Below, in pieces: positions 8,868-18,683 of a DNA stretch of 64,000 nucleotides. Source of the DNA: an uncultured virus (IMG/VR IMGVR_UViG_3300027612_000506) (taxonomy: Duplodnaviria; Heunggongvirae; Uroviricota; Caudoviricetes); IMG/VR virus record IMGVR_UViG_3300027612_000506; one strand, 5' to 3'. Numbering within the stretch: position 1 is the first letter of the stretch; every line of letters starts with the position of its first letter. Both the position numbers and the translations under genes were made by a program. The notes below the pieces were generated by a model. The model ran no database searches. It was not told the origin of the DNA and worked only from the letters and a program-made list of their open reading frames with translations.

Positions 8868-10120
8868 AATATGTAGTATCAGGCACAAGTTATATGCGTC
8901 TTAGCAATCCTCAGGTATCCAAGTCACCTGAGAATGTTGCTATGATTAATGACTTGTTCACAAAATTTGTACACAACCAGAAGGGACATACTTTTTCTGC
9001 TCTATACAATGCATATCAAGAGTCCAGTTTCGGTGAGAGATTTCAGCCGTATAAAAGTGCAATTAAAAATATACATGCAGACTCAGGTGGTTTGCAGATT
9101 GTTACTCTAGGCAAAACTATCACTGAGGAACTTAAAGATAAAATCTATGAAAATCAGGCTAAGTGGTCTGATGTAGGTATGTGCTTTGATGAGATTCCGG
9201 TTGTGTTGACTGATGGTAAGTCCGACAGAAATGATGTTAATGCAAGGTATTTTGACTTTGATAATTATGAGGAAATGGCTCGTAAGACAGGTCGAAATAT
9301 TAAACGACAATTAGAAATTTTTGAGAAAAACAATAGCACTTGTAAACCCTTTGCAATTTTACAAGGAAATTGTTATGACACTTATATGACCTGGTCAGAG
9401 CAATTGTTATCTGAGGTGCCTCAGGGCTGGCACGAGCGCATTGGTGGCATAGCAATGGGTGCGGCCGCACTAGGTACAGGTCCGCTAGAGGATGTTAAAC
9501 GAGCATTTATTGCTAGTCAGATTCCTTTGCGTAACAAACAAGGTAAACTACACTTACACATTCTAGGGGTAGGTTCTATTCGTAGACTTATTCCTTATCT
9601 TATCTTTTGTCAGAATGGATTGTACGACCACATCGAAATCTCATATGATAGTACAACACATAGTCGAGCGGCAGAGACAGGGCTATACTTTATGGGCGAT
9701 AAAACTATTAAGTATGGCAGAGAGTGGTCAGACTTGTATCAGACTTTTTATGATGACATCGAAAAGACTGAGCCAGTAGGGTGTAGCATAAAGGACTTTT
9801 ATGCTATTCTAAACTCAGGTTCAGAAAAATGGAAAGAGTCTGGTGGGGATTTTCACATGTGGCTTAGAGTAAGATACTTGTTTGTGTTGTCTAGTATTCG
9901 TAATTTTATGCATCGGGTTGACCAATTGATGAATGACCCAGAAGAAATTTTACGCTTTACGGGCAAACTGAAACTTGAACATCAATTTAGAAACCTGTAT
10001 AATGTAAAGACAGTCGAGGATTTTAAGCGATGGGAAAGCGACCAATACTTAGGGGGTAGCATGAAGTCGATGGCTGTTAAGAGTCAGGCACCTGCAACAT
10101 TGGAAGGATTATTTGGATGA
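8852..10120 (+). CDS. dpdA: TGT-fold base-exchange enzyme, DpdA-like (7-deazaguanine DNA insertion)
   Basis: TGT motifs ADSGGLQ, FDEIP, ILQG, HILGVG, SYDST; no C-terminal Zn-binding Cys cluster; inside the que cluster. Confidence 0.75.
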   Translation: MSHTLEYVVSGTSYMRLSNPQVSKSPENVAMINDLFTKFVHNQKGHTFSALYNAYQESSFGERFQPYKSAIKNIHADSGGLQIVTLGKTITEELKDKIYENQAKWSDVGMCFDEIPVVLTDGKSDRNDVNARYFDFDNYEEMARKTGRNIKRQLEIFEKNNSTCKPFAILQGNCYDTYMTWSEQLLSEVPQGWHERIGGIAMGAAALGTGPLEDVKRAFIASQIPLRNKQGKLHLHILGVGSIRRLIPYLIFCQNGLYDHIEISYDSTTHSRAAETGLYFMGDKTIKYGREWSDLYQTFYDDIEKTEPVGCSIKDFYAILNSGSEKWKESGGDFHMWLRVRYLFVLSSIRNFMHRVDQLMNDPEEILRFTGKLKLEHQFRNLYNVKTVEDFKRWESDQYLGGSMKSMAVKSQAPATLEGLFG

Positions 10121-10470
10121 GAAAAAACTTAATTAAAGTTAGCTTTCAAAAAGAGGGTATACATCAGTATCCCGCGGCTAAAGATTTAAAGGGTGTAGAG
10201 TTTTTACAATACCCACATCGACACATGTTTCATTTTTATGTTACACTAGAAGTATTCCATGATGATAGGGATGTAGAGTTTATTCTGTTTAAGCGTGAAC
10301 TTGAAAATTTATTTGAGGATGGTACAATGCAAGCAAACCATAAATCATGTGAGATGCTTGCAAACGATTTGTTAGATTATGTAGAAGTAAACTATCCTAA
10401 TCGTGGGTGTAAAGTTGAGGTATATGAGGATGATGAGAATGGTGGAATTGTTTACAACGAGCTTTATTAA
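10117..10470 (+). CDS. QueD-paralogous T-fold protein, DpdL-like (putative CDG decarboxylase)
   Basis: LQYPHRHMF matches LxxxHRHxF; SCEMLA; EDDENG; a true QueD is encoded separately. Confidence 0.7.
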   Translation: MRKNLIKVSFQKEGIHQYPAAKDLKGVEFLQYPHRHMFHFYVTLEVFHDDRDVEFILFKRELENLFEDGTMQANHKSCEMLANDLLDYVEVNYPNRGCKVEVYEDDENGGIVYNELY

Positions 10471-10534
10471 ATTCTTTAAAACCGAGGATAAGGTTGAAGT
10501 TCGTTGTATTTGGGACTTGGAGAATGAAGGATGA
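10439..10534 (+). CDS. Putative 31-aa peptide MVELFTTSFIKFFKTEDKVEVRCIWDLENEG
   Basis: GAGGA RBS; its stop overlaps the next ATG (ATGA). Confidence 0.35.
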   Translation: MVELFTTSFIKFFKTEDKVEVRCIWDLENEG

Positions 10535-11625
10535 TTTACTTAGTTGATCTTGAGTATGTAGAGTCTCGTTACACATCACAATGGAAAACAGAATTTCCTG
10601 CGCTTTTTAAGTGGCATGGTCTTGATGTGAAAGTCATTGAAGGTCCTGCTGATATTGCCGCATGTACTACACCAGGTGCGTTTCTTAACTTCTCAGGTAC
10701 AAATGTATATAAAGCAGAGCAAGTAAAAAGAATTGCCAACCTCTTTACATCTAATGATATTAAAGATGGTGACCAGTTTGTATTTGCGGATGCATGGCAC
10801 CCTGGTGTAATTAATCTTAAATATATGGCAGAACTATTAGGCATTAAGATTAAAATTCATGGTCTTTGGCATGCAGGTAGTTATGACTCTCAAGATTTTC
10901 TTGGTCGATTGATAGGCAATGCTGGATGGGTAAGACATGCTGAAAAAAGTATGTTTGAATGTTATGATTATAATTGGTTTGCTTCTGACTTTCACATTGA
11001 TTTGTTTATAGAGGAAATGCTTGATACAGATAAAAGAACTGGGCGTATTCGTTATATGGATACTGCAAAAGGTAAAATCTCAAAAACTGGTTGGCCTATG
11101 GATTATCTGCACAATGAGATCTCTTGCGATAAAGTAGGAACAAATAAAGATGATATAATTTTGTTCCCACATCGTATTGCACCTGAAAAACAACCAGAGA
11201 TTTTTGAGGACTTAGCAAACGAACTACCTGAATATCAATTTATCTTTTGTCAAAAAATGAATCTGTCTAAGAAAGAATATCATGCATTACTTGGTAAGGC
11301 AAAAATGGTATTCTCTGCTAACACGCAGGAAACATTGGGCATTGGTTGTTTCGAGGCTTTATGTGCAAATGCAATTCCATTAGTCCCAGATAGATTATCA
11401 TATACTGAGATGTACTATTCAGAGTTTAAGTATGACAGTGAATGGACTGAGAGTATGGATAGTTACATGAAACACAAGGAAAAACTTATTAGCCGTATTC
11501 GTAATTTAATGAGTAATTATAGTACAGATGCTGTACAAAGTGTAATAAATACAAATAGAGAATTTTTAGAATGTGATTATTTTTCTGCTGAAAGTCTAGT
11601 AGAAAAAATTAAAGAGGTGATGTAA
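10531..11625 (+). CDS. GT-B (GT4-like) glycosyltransferase
   Basis: HRIAPEKQP, SANTQETLGIGCFEA (E-x7-E), VPDRLSYTE. Confidence 0.8.
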   Translation: MIYLVDLEYVESRYTSQWKTEFPALFKWHGLDVKVIEGPADIAACTTPGAFLNFSGTNVYKAEQVKRIANLFTSNDIKDGDQFVFADAWHPGVINLKYMAELLGIKIKIHGLWHAGSYDSQDFLGRLIGNAGWVRHAEKSMFECYDYNWFASDFHIDLFIEEMLDTDKRTGRIRYMDTAKGKISKTGWPMDYLHNEISCDKVGTNKDDIILFPHRIAPEKQPEIFEDLANELPEYQFIFCQKMNLSKKEYHALLGKAKMVFSANTQETLGIGCFEALCANAIPLVPDRLSYTEMYYSEFKYDSEWTESMDSYMKHKEKLISRIRNLMSNYSTDAVQSVINTNREFLECDYFSAESLVEKIKEVM

Positions 11626-12083
11626 TGTATTATTCAACAAAGACTTATGGACACGAACGCGGCTTATCTTGTGCGTTTAGACAACCCCTAGCTAGTCATT
11701 CACACTGTAGTCTTATTCATGGTTACAGTCTCGCTTTCAGTTTTAAATTTGCCGCTAGAAACCTAGATGATAAAAACTGGGTAGTAGACTTTGGCGGTCT
11801 TAAGGATCTCAAAAATTGGCTAGAGAAAATGTTTGACCACACATTGGCTGTGGATAAAGATGATGTTAATCTCAAAGATTTTCTAGAGTTAGAAGAAAAG
11901 GGCTTGGCTGTTGTTCGTGTTATGAATGGTGTCGGGTGTGAGAAATTTGCCGAACATGCTTTCTGGTTTGCTGATGAGTTAGTCAAGACAATGACTGATG
12001 GTAGATGTCGTTGTGTTTATGCTGAGTGTAGGGAACATGGCGCAAACTCAGGCATTTATGAACCAGAGGTAATTGAAATTTGA
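11625..12083 (+). CDS. queD: 6-carboxy-5,6,7,8-tetrahydropterin synthase
   Basis: HCSLIHGY, WVVDFG, FDHT, GCEKFA. Confidence 0.9.
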   Translation: MYYSTKTYGHERGLSCAFRQPLASHSHCSLIHGYSLAFSFKFAARNLDDKNWVVDFGGLKDLKNWLEKMFDHTLAVDKDDVNLKDFLELEEKGLAVVRVMNGVGCEKFAEHAFWFADELVKTMTDGRCRCVYAECREHGANSGIYEPEVIEI

Positions 12084-13141
12084 AAATCGCTTTAATTACT
12101 GATACACACTACGGGGCTCGGTCGGATTCAATTCCTTTCGATAACTTCTTTGAGAAGTTCTATTCGCAATGTTTTTTTCCTGAGTTGGAAAAACGACAGA
12201 TTAAAACTGTAATGCATCTCGGTGATATTTTTGACCGCAGAAAGTATATTAACTTTAACACTTTAAAAAAATGTAAAGAGTATTTCTTTGACAAGGCGCA
12301 GGCTCTAGATATTGAAATGCATATGATTACAGGTAATCACGATACATACTTTAAAAACACAAATGATGTAAATGCACCAGAACTACTCTTGCAAGATTAT
12401 GATAATGTGACTGTTTATTCGGAGGTTACAGAACTGACCTTTGAGGGTAGGAGCATATTATTTACTCCTTGGATTTGTTCAGATAATTATAAAACAACAA
12501 TGGAGGCAATTGATGCAACAGACGCTAAGGTATGTTTTGGACACTATGAATTGGCTGGTTTCCAAATGTACAAAGGTCATGCGAACGACCACGGAATGGA
12601 CGCTAATATCTTTAACAAGTTTGATTTGGTATGTAGCGGTCACTTTCATCATAGGAGTTCCCGTGGTAATATTACTTACCTTGGTAATCCTTATGAGATT
12701 ACTTGGAGCGATTATGATGACCCTAGAGGATTTCACATCTATGATACAGAAACAAACGAACTTGAGTTTATTCAAAACCCATTTAGCATCTTTCACAAAT
12801 TTTATTATGACGACACAAACGATTCTTTTAGAACAAGTCTTTCTTCTTTTGACTTTACTAGTATTGCGGCTGGTTGCGTAAAGGTTGTTGTTGTTAAGAA
12901 AACGGACTTCTCGATGTTTGACAAGTTCATTGATAACTTGTATAATTGCAACTTAGTCGAACTAAAAATCATCGAGGATTTCTCAGAGTTTGAAGATGAG
13001 GCAATCGGCGAAGAAAACATAAACCTTGAGGATACAATTACATTGCTTAATGAGTATGTTGACAACATCGAAACAGAGTTAGATAAGAATACTTTGAAAA
13101 GCACATTGCAATCTCTCTATGTAGAAGCGCAGAACGCATAA
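12080..13141 (+). CDS. gp47: Recombination nuclease gp47 (Mre11-like)
   Basis: DTHYG, LGDIFD, GNHD, SGHFH metallophosphoesterase motifs. Confidence 0.95.
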   Translation: MKIALITDTHYGARSDSIPFDNFFEKFYSQCFFPELEKRQIKTVMHLGDIFDRRKYINFNTLKKCKEYFFDKAQALDIEMHMITGNHDTYFKNTNDVNAPELLLQDYDNVTVYSEVTELTFEGRSILFTPWICSDNYKTTMEAIDATDAKVCFGHYELAGFQMYKGHANDHGMDANIFNKFDLVCSGHFHHRSSRGNITYLGNPYEITWSDYDDPRGFHIYDTETNELEFIQNPFSIFHKFYYDDTNDSFRTSLSSFDFTSIAAGCVKVVVVKKTDFSMFDKFIDNLYNCNLVELKIIEDFSEFEDEAIGEENINLEDTITLLNEYVDNIETELDKNTLKSTLQSLYVEAQNA

Positions 13142-14811
13142 TGATTAATTTTCAAAAACTACGCTGGAAGAACTTTCTTTCTACGGGCAATGCATTTTCG
13201 GAAATAGACTTTACTCGCAGTCCTAGCACACTTGTTGTGGGTGACAATGGCGCAGGTAAGTCTACATTCCTAGATGCACTATGTTATGGATTGTTTAACA
13301 AACCCTTTCGCAATATTACAAAGCCTCAACTTATTAATTCTATCAACGGTAAAGATTTGGTTGTAGAGGTAGAGTTTAGTATTGGTAAAAAGAATTATAT
13401 GGTTCGCCGAGGTAGCAAGCCTAGTATTTTTGAAATTTATTGTGATGATGTTAAACTTGACCAGGACGCGGCTGTCAGAGATACGCAGAAGTATTTAGAG
13501 GAAGCAATTCTTAAATTAAACTATAAGTCTTTCACACAAATTGTTATTCTCGGCAGTGCATCTTTTACCCCCTTTATGCAACTTCCTTTAGGTCAGCGTA
13601 GAGAAATTATTGAGGACATTCTAGACATTCAAATCTTTACTGTTATGAATACAGTATTGAAAGATAAACAAAATGTATTGAAGGAAACAATTCGTGATAT
13701 TGAAACTGAGGTTGAGGTAGCTAAACAAAAAGCAACCTTGCAGAAACAATATATAGATACACTAGAAGAAAATAAAGCAAACAAAATTTCTGAAATCGAA
13801 GGAGAGATTAATGTCCTACAGTCAACGATTGAGACAGATGAAAAGAACACAAATGAGCTCGCAAAACAGAAGGAGGGTCTTGGCTCTCCAGAAACTAGAA
13901 GAAGAAAACTTGAAGGATACCGAGACAAATTTACCTCTCAAGTCTCAAAAATTAGAAAAGAGTTAGACTTTTATGCGGACCACGATGATTGTCCAACCTG
14001 TAAGCAGGATATACCCCATGACTTTAAGGAAGAGATACAACAGGAAAAGTTGGATAAAATCTCAGAAATCGAAAAAGCATCCTCACAAATGGATGCCGAG
14101 TTCTCGGAGTTGGATCGCTTAATCGAGGAATACACTAAATTAGATACTGAAATAATGAGTATTAATAATGACATTATTTCTAATCAAAGGTTTTTGCAAC
14201 GCCTATACGCGGAGTTGGGTGAAGCAAAAAACAATGTTGCTAACATTGACGATGAAAAAAGTAAACTGAAAGAGCTGGCTAAAATAGTAACAGCAAAAAA
14301 TACAGTAAAGTCGGAAAAGAATGAAGAGCAACATTATCTTACTGCATGTGCGGCACTGCTCAAGGATACCGGTATTAAAACTCGTATCATTAAACAGTAC
14401 CTACCTGCTATAAATAAGTTAGTAAACAAATACCTTGCGGCAATGGATTTCTTTGTTCAGTTTAATTTGGATGAGAAGTTTAATGAAACAATTAAGTCTA
14501 GGCATAGAGACAACTTCTCATATGCTAGTTTCAGTGAAGGTGAAAAACAGCGTATTGATTTAGCACTGTTATTTACCTGGCGTACAATTGCTAAGATGAA
14601 GAATAGCGCGGCTACAAACTTGCTTATTCTTGATGAGGTATTTGATAGTAGTTTAGATAACAATGGCACAGACTATGTTATGACACTACTAAATACTATT
14701 GGTGATGATGCAAATGTATTTGTAATATCCCATAAGGGTGACCAACTTTTTGACAAGTTTAGAAGTGTTATTAAGTTTGAAAAGAAACAAAATTATTCAG
14801 TGATGAGATAA
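13141..14811 (+). CDS. gp46: Recombination ATPase gp46 (Rad50-like)
   Basis: GDNGAGKS, CPTC zinc hook, FSEGEK, LDEVFD. Confidence 0.95.
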   Translation: MINFQKLRWKNFLSTGNAFSEIDFTRSPSTLVVGDNGAGKSTFLDALCYGLFNKPFRNITKPQLINSINGKDLVVEVEFSIGKKNYMVRRGSKPSIFEIYCDDVKLDQDAAVRDTQKYLEEAILKLNYKSFTQIVILGSASFTPFMQLPLGQRREIIEDILDIQIFTVMNTVLKDKQNVLKETIRDIETEVEVAKQKATLQKQYIDTLEENKANKISEIEGEINVLQSTIETDEKNTNELAKQKEGLGSPETRRRKLEGYRDKFTSQVSKIRKELDFYADHDDCPTCKQDIPHDFKEEIQQEKLDKISEIEKASSQMDAEFSELDRLIEEYTKLDTEIMSINNDIISNQRFLQRLYAELGEAKNNVANIDDEKSKLKELAKIVTAKNTVKSEKNEEQHYLTACAALLKDTGIKTRIIKQYLPAINKLVNKYLAAMDFFVQFNLDEKFNETIKSRHRDNFSYASFSEGEKQRIDLALLFTWRTIAKMKNSAATNLLILDEVFDSSLDNNGTDYVMTLLNTIGDDANVFVISHKGDQLFDKFRSVIKFEKKQNYSVMR

Positions 14812-14812
14812 A

Positions 14813-15349
14813 ATGGATTTAGATAATTTAGAACTACTTGACTTTGGTAATGAAGCGCTCAAAACTCCTCCTAAGTTTTTCAACTTTGAGGAACATGATG
14901 CTAAAGAAGTGTGTGAAGCACTATTTAAAAAGCAACATGAATTGAAGGGTATCGGATTATCTGCAAACCAAGTTGGTTTGGATATGCGAGTGTTTGTGTT
15001 TGGTGATGGTACACCAGAAGGATTGACTCGTTATATTATTAATCCAGAAGTTATTGATGTGGGTCAAGAAACTGATGTTATGAAAGAGGGCTGTCTAAGT
15101 ATACCGGGAGTATATTTAATGGTAAGACGGCCTACAAGTGTAACTGCATCTTATCAGGATATTACAGGTAATAATGTAACTGAAACTTTTACTAACCTGG
15201 CTGCAAGAGTATTCCTACATGAATACGACCATATGCTAGGACAAAACTTTACACAACGAGTGTCCAAATTGAAATTAGATAGAGCTATTAAAGCGGTGAG
15301 AAAAAAGGTTGAAAAAAACACTCGCAAACAAGGAGTATTTAATGGCTGA
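14813..15349 (+). CDS. def: Peptide deformylase
   Basis: GIGLSANQVG, EGCLS, HEYDH. Confidence 0.95.
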   Translation: MDLDNLELLDFGNEALKTPPKFFNFEEHDAKEVCEALFKKQHELKGIGLSANQVGLDMRVFVFGDGTPEGLTRYIINPEVIDVGQETDVMKEGCLSIPGVYLMVRRPTSVTASYQDITGNNVTETFTNLAARVFLHEYDHMLGQNFTQRVSKLKLDRAIKAVRKKVEKNTRKQGVFNG

Positions 15350-15710
15350 CGATTTCGATTTTGGATTTACTATTGTTGATAGTGATGACTTAGAAACACA
15401 ACCTCAACAACCTATCCAAGCAACTGTACCAGACGATTTCAAAGATGAGATCCTGGCTAAACTGTACGACATAGAAAATAGAATTTTGTCCTCGGACAAT
15501 TCAGGTATGATTAATGAACATCGTTCTCTTGTGGAACAAGATGTCGCACAGAAATTGCGTGATGTTGAAGATTTAATCCTACCGCTTTTGCTAAACCTTA
15601 AGAAAAATCCTGAAAAGGATATGATTCATTGGCCTAATCGAACGGCTATCATTGACAAACAAATTGAAAAAATAAAGGCGGTAACAAGATATTATGAGCG
15701 AATCCAATAA
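15342..15710 (+). CDS. Conserved hypothetical protein
   Basis: DFDFGF N-terminus, LLLNLKKNP...WPNR; AGGAG RBS. Confidence 0.6.
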   Translation: MADDFDFGFTIVDSDDLETQPQQPIQATVPDDFKDEILAKLYDIENRILSSDNSGMINEHRSLVEQDVAQKLRDVEDLILPLLLNLKKNPEKDMIHWPNRTAIIDKQIEKIKAVTRYYERIQ

Positions 15711-16284
15711 TACAACAGCAACAAAGGGATATGTTAACCAGCCTTTAGGGCAAGTACATCATTTCTATATCTCAGGTGAAATTACTGAGGCAGAAAATTA
15801 TACCGAATGGTTTAGTATTATGCGAGCCGCCGGTCCAATGGATATTATATACATTCATTTAAATTCTGAAGGTGGTGATGCATTTACTACAATTCAGATG
15901 ATGAGAGCTCTCAATGAATCTGAGGCTAAGGTCATTACTTCTGCTGAGGGTATGGTTGCATCGGCAGCCACAATGATTTTCCTCTGTGGAGACCAGTGTG
16001 AGATCTCGGACCATTCGGTATTCATGTTTCATACCTTCTCCTCATTCTCATATGGTAAGAGCAGTGAGATGCAAGCGCAGGTCAAACTTGAGGCTTCATG
16101 GGGTGAGAAACTAGTCAAATCTGTGTATGGAGGATTCCTTACAGATGCTGAAATGGCGTCACTTTTGGACGGAAAAGACTACTGGATGGAAGCCGAAGAT
16201 GTGCTGGAACGGCTAAAAAATAAAAAACTTGTTGAAGAACAAGGACCTACAGCACCTAAAAAAGGTACAAGAAAACGAAAATAG
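15694..16284 (+). CDS. ClpP-like serine protease
   Basis: HLNSEGG, ASAAT nucleophile, FMFH, DYWM. Confidence 0.8.
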   Translation: MSESNNTTATKGYVNQPLGQVHHFYISGEITEAENYTEWFSIMRAAGPMDIIYIHLNSEGGDAFTTIQMMRALNESEAKVITSAEGMVASAATMIFLCGDQCEISDHSVFMFHTFSSFSYGKSSEMQAQVKLEASWGEKLVKSVYGGFLTDAEMASLLDGKDYWMEAEDVLERLKNKKLVEEQGPTAPKKGTRKRK

Positions 16285-16287
16285 TGC

Positions 16288-16316
16288 TTGACTTCCGTGT
16301 GAAAAGAGTCCATAAT
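16288..16316 (+). promoter_or_regulatory. Early promoter, AAAAGAGTCCATAAT class
   Basis: TTGACT-17-CATAAT; near-identical to 18608 and sharing the extended -10 with 38504. Confidence 0.85.
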
Positions 16317-16341
16317 ATGGGTATAGTGAGGAGTAAGTATT

Positions 16342-18558
16342 ATGGAAATTGCACAGAAGAGCACATTAGCAAAGTTACTAGCCGCAGAAAATATATCGGT
16401 TGAGCACCGTAAGGTCTCAACCGCGGCTTTTGACCTCAAATCTCGCAAGATCATCCTACCCATTTGGAAGACAATGGACAATGACCTTTACGATATGCTT
16501 ATCGGTCACGAGGTAGGTCATGCATTGTACACCCCCCTAGAAGGTTGGCACGATGAGGTATCCGAAAAGGGTCAAGGCTTCAAGTCGTTTCTCAATGTCA
16601 TTGAGGACGCTCGTATTGAGCGTAAGATTAAGGACAAGTTCCCAGGCCTAGTTCGTAACTTTTACAAAGGTTATCAGAACTTATACGCCAATGACTTCTT
16701 CGGCATTAAAGGTCGAGATATTGATGCCCTCCCTCTAATTGACCGCATTAACCTACATTATAAGATAGGTAGTATGGCGGGTATTAATTTCACTGCCGAG
16801 GAACAGTCCTATATTAATCGTATTGACCTTGCCGAAACATGGGAAGATGTTATGGCGATTGCCAACGATCTGTTTGAATACTCGAAAGAAGAACCTGAGA
16901 TGCAGGACATGTTAGATGACCTTCAATACTCAGATGAGTATGACGATGAGGACGAGGAAGATAATGATATGTCCTCTGGTGCAGGTGATGACGATGAGGA
17001 CGAGGATGAAGAAGAACAGGAAGAAGCTAATGATTCCTCAGGCACTGCTCCTCGGTCAAACACAGATGAGAAAGAAGAAGTGGAAGACGAGTCTGCTCCC
17101 CAAGAACAAGGTGAGAGCAAAACACCCCAGTCATTTACAGATCAAAATTTCCGTGAAAGCGAGGACCGCCTTTTAGATAAGGGCGCCGACGATATCCTGT
17201 ATGCAAAGTTTCCTAAAATGAATATCAAGCGGTGCGTGATGCCCATTAAAGATGTATGGGACACAGAGTTTGAGGGGGTGTTTAAGCCTACATACCACTC
17301 AGAAGAAGATATTCCTTGGACTGAAATTGCAGATGAAGCGTGGAGCGAGTTTAATCTCAAGAATGCTTCTTACATTAATACACTTGTCCAGCAGTTTGAG
17401 ATGAAGCGTAAGGCTAGTGAGTTTGCCAAGGCTCGTCAAAACAAGACAGGTAAGCTAAATGTAGATAAGCTCTGGGCGACACGGTTGACCGAGGATGTGT
17501 TCTTGTCAAACACTGTAGTTCCTAAAGGCAAAAACCACGGTATGATGATGTTCATTGATTTTTCAGGTTCAATGAACCAGGACTTAGAATCTACTATTGA
17601 GCAGACATTGATTCAGATTAGTTTTTGTAAAAAAGTGAATATTCCTTTTGATGTTTATTCATTCACCACTAGCTCTAAAGGTATATGCAAACCTGGCGAG
17701 TCATATCGCGAGTCTCTTGCCATTGCAAATAATGGATTTGAGCCAGGTAAACTTGCAATGGTAAAAGAGGATCTTCAGATTAATCACTTGATGTCTTCCT
17801 CATTGGACGCCGCAACATATAAAAAAGTATTCCGCAAAATGCTAACATTGGCGAAGGCTATGGCTCCTAGAAGTTGGCACCGCGGACCAGAAAGTATAAA
17901 TGAACGATATATTGGGCGTTACCATTTGCCTGACCAACTAGGATTGGGAGGCACACCGCTTGCCGAGACTACTCTTGTAGCCCGTGACCTTATTAAGGAG
18001 TTCCGCAATAAACACAATGTTGAGGTGATGAATGTAATTTTCCTCACAGATGGTGATGCAACAGGTGAACTAGAAGTCCCTGATGGACAATCCTTACGCA
18101 AGGTTGGCTCTATTGCAATTACTGAAGGTGCAGTTACAACGGAATACAAATTCCGAGACTTGTTTTGGGCGCGGTATGGGGGTGATGTGTGGTATCGTGC
18201 GGTACTGAAACACCTTAAAAATACAGTAGATTGTAATTTGATTAACCTGCACATTGGTAGTTTCAAACGCCGTGACCTAATGGACATGTTCATTACAGCA
18301 CCGGACTATGAATACTCCAAGTTTGAGGAGAAGTACAAAAAAGAATGGACTGCCAATAAATTCTTTGAGCTTGAGAACTTCAAAGAGTTTGATGTGATGT
18401 ATGCCATTAAGAATGGTAACAACCTCAAGGTTGACGATGAGGGCTTGACCGTTAAGTCAGATTCCAAGAGTGATGTACTTCGAGGATTCAAGAAGTTTCA
18501 GAAAAATAAGACTACCAGCCGAGTATTCCTGAATAGGTTTATTGATAAGGTAGCCTAA
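16342..18558 (+). CDS. CobT-like protein: HExxH metallopeptidase-like N-terminus, acidic linker, VWA domain
   Basis: HEVGH, NVIEDARIE, MIDAS DFSGS...GGTP...LTDG; paired with a MoxR/CobS ATPase. Confidence 0.8.
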   Translation: MEIAQKSTLAKLLAAENISVEHRKVSTAAFDLKSRKIILPIWKTMDNDLYDMLIGHEVGHALYTPLEGWHDEVSEKGQGFKSFLNVIEDARIERKIKDKFPGLVRNFYKGYQNLYANDFFGIKGRDIDALPLIDRINLHYKIGSMAGINFTAEEQSYINRIDLAETWEDVMAIANDLFEYSKEEPEMQDMLDDLQYSDEYDDEDEEDNDMSSGAGDDDEDEDEEEQEEANDSSGTAPRSNTDEKEEVEDESAPQEQGESKTPQSFTDQNFRESEDRLLDKGADDILYAKFPKMNIKRCVMPIKDVWDTEFEGVFKPTYHSEEDIPWTEIADEAWSEFNLKNASYINTLVQQFEMKRKASEFAKARQNKTGKLNVDKLWATRLTEDVFLSNTVVPKGKNHGMMMFIDFSGSMNQDLESTIEQTLIQISFCKKVNIPFDVYSFTTSSKGICKPGESYRESLAIANNGFEPGKLAMVKEDLQINHLMSSSLDAATYKKVFRKMLTLAKAMAPRSWHRGPESINERYIGRYHLPDQLGLGGTPLAETTLVARDLIKEFRNKHNVEVMNVIFLTDGDATGELEVPDGQSLRKVGSIAITEGAVTTEYKFRDLFWARYGGDVWYRAVLKHLKNTVDCNLINLHIGSFKRRDLMDMFITAPDYEYSKFEEKYKKEWTANKFFELENFKEFDVMYAIKNGNNLKVDDEGLTVKSDSKSDVLRGFKKFQKNKTTSRVFLNRFIDKVA

Positions 18559-18636
18559 GTCCTTGATTCATTTGAGGAAAAGAGTTTGTATTTTGGTCAT
18601 AAAGTGCTTGACTTCCGAGTAAAAAGAGTCCATAAT
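18556..18636 (+). promoter_or_regulatory. IHF site (18556-18568) plus early promoter TTGACT(18608)-17-CATAAT
   Basis: TAAGTCCTTGATT matches YAANNNNTTGATW. Confidence 0.75.
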
Positions 18637-18683
18637 ACATGTATAGTTAGAAAGTTAGACATTTACTTGTGAGGAGTTATATT

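Noticed and set aside
8852..10120. Canonical tRNA-guanine transglycosylase (queuosine tRNA modification)
   Set aside because: It lacks the Zn-binding Cys motif, there is no queF or queA in the window, and the phage tRNAs here have no GUN anticodon; DpdA fits better.
2742..14416. TATAAATA copies inside uvsW (2742) and gp46 (14409)
   Set aside because: They are intragenic in AT-rich sequence and cannot be distinguished from chance without TSS data.
16920..17120. GAN-rich repeat-like tract
   Set aside because: It is the in-frame acidic linker of the VWA protein.
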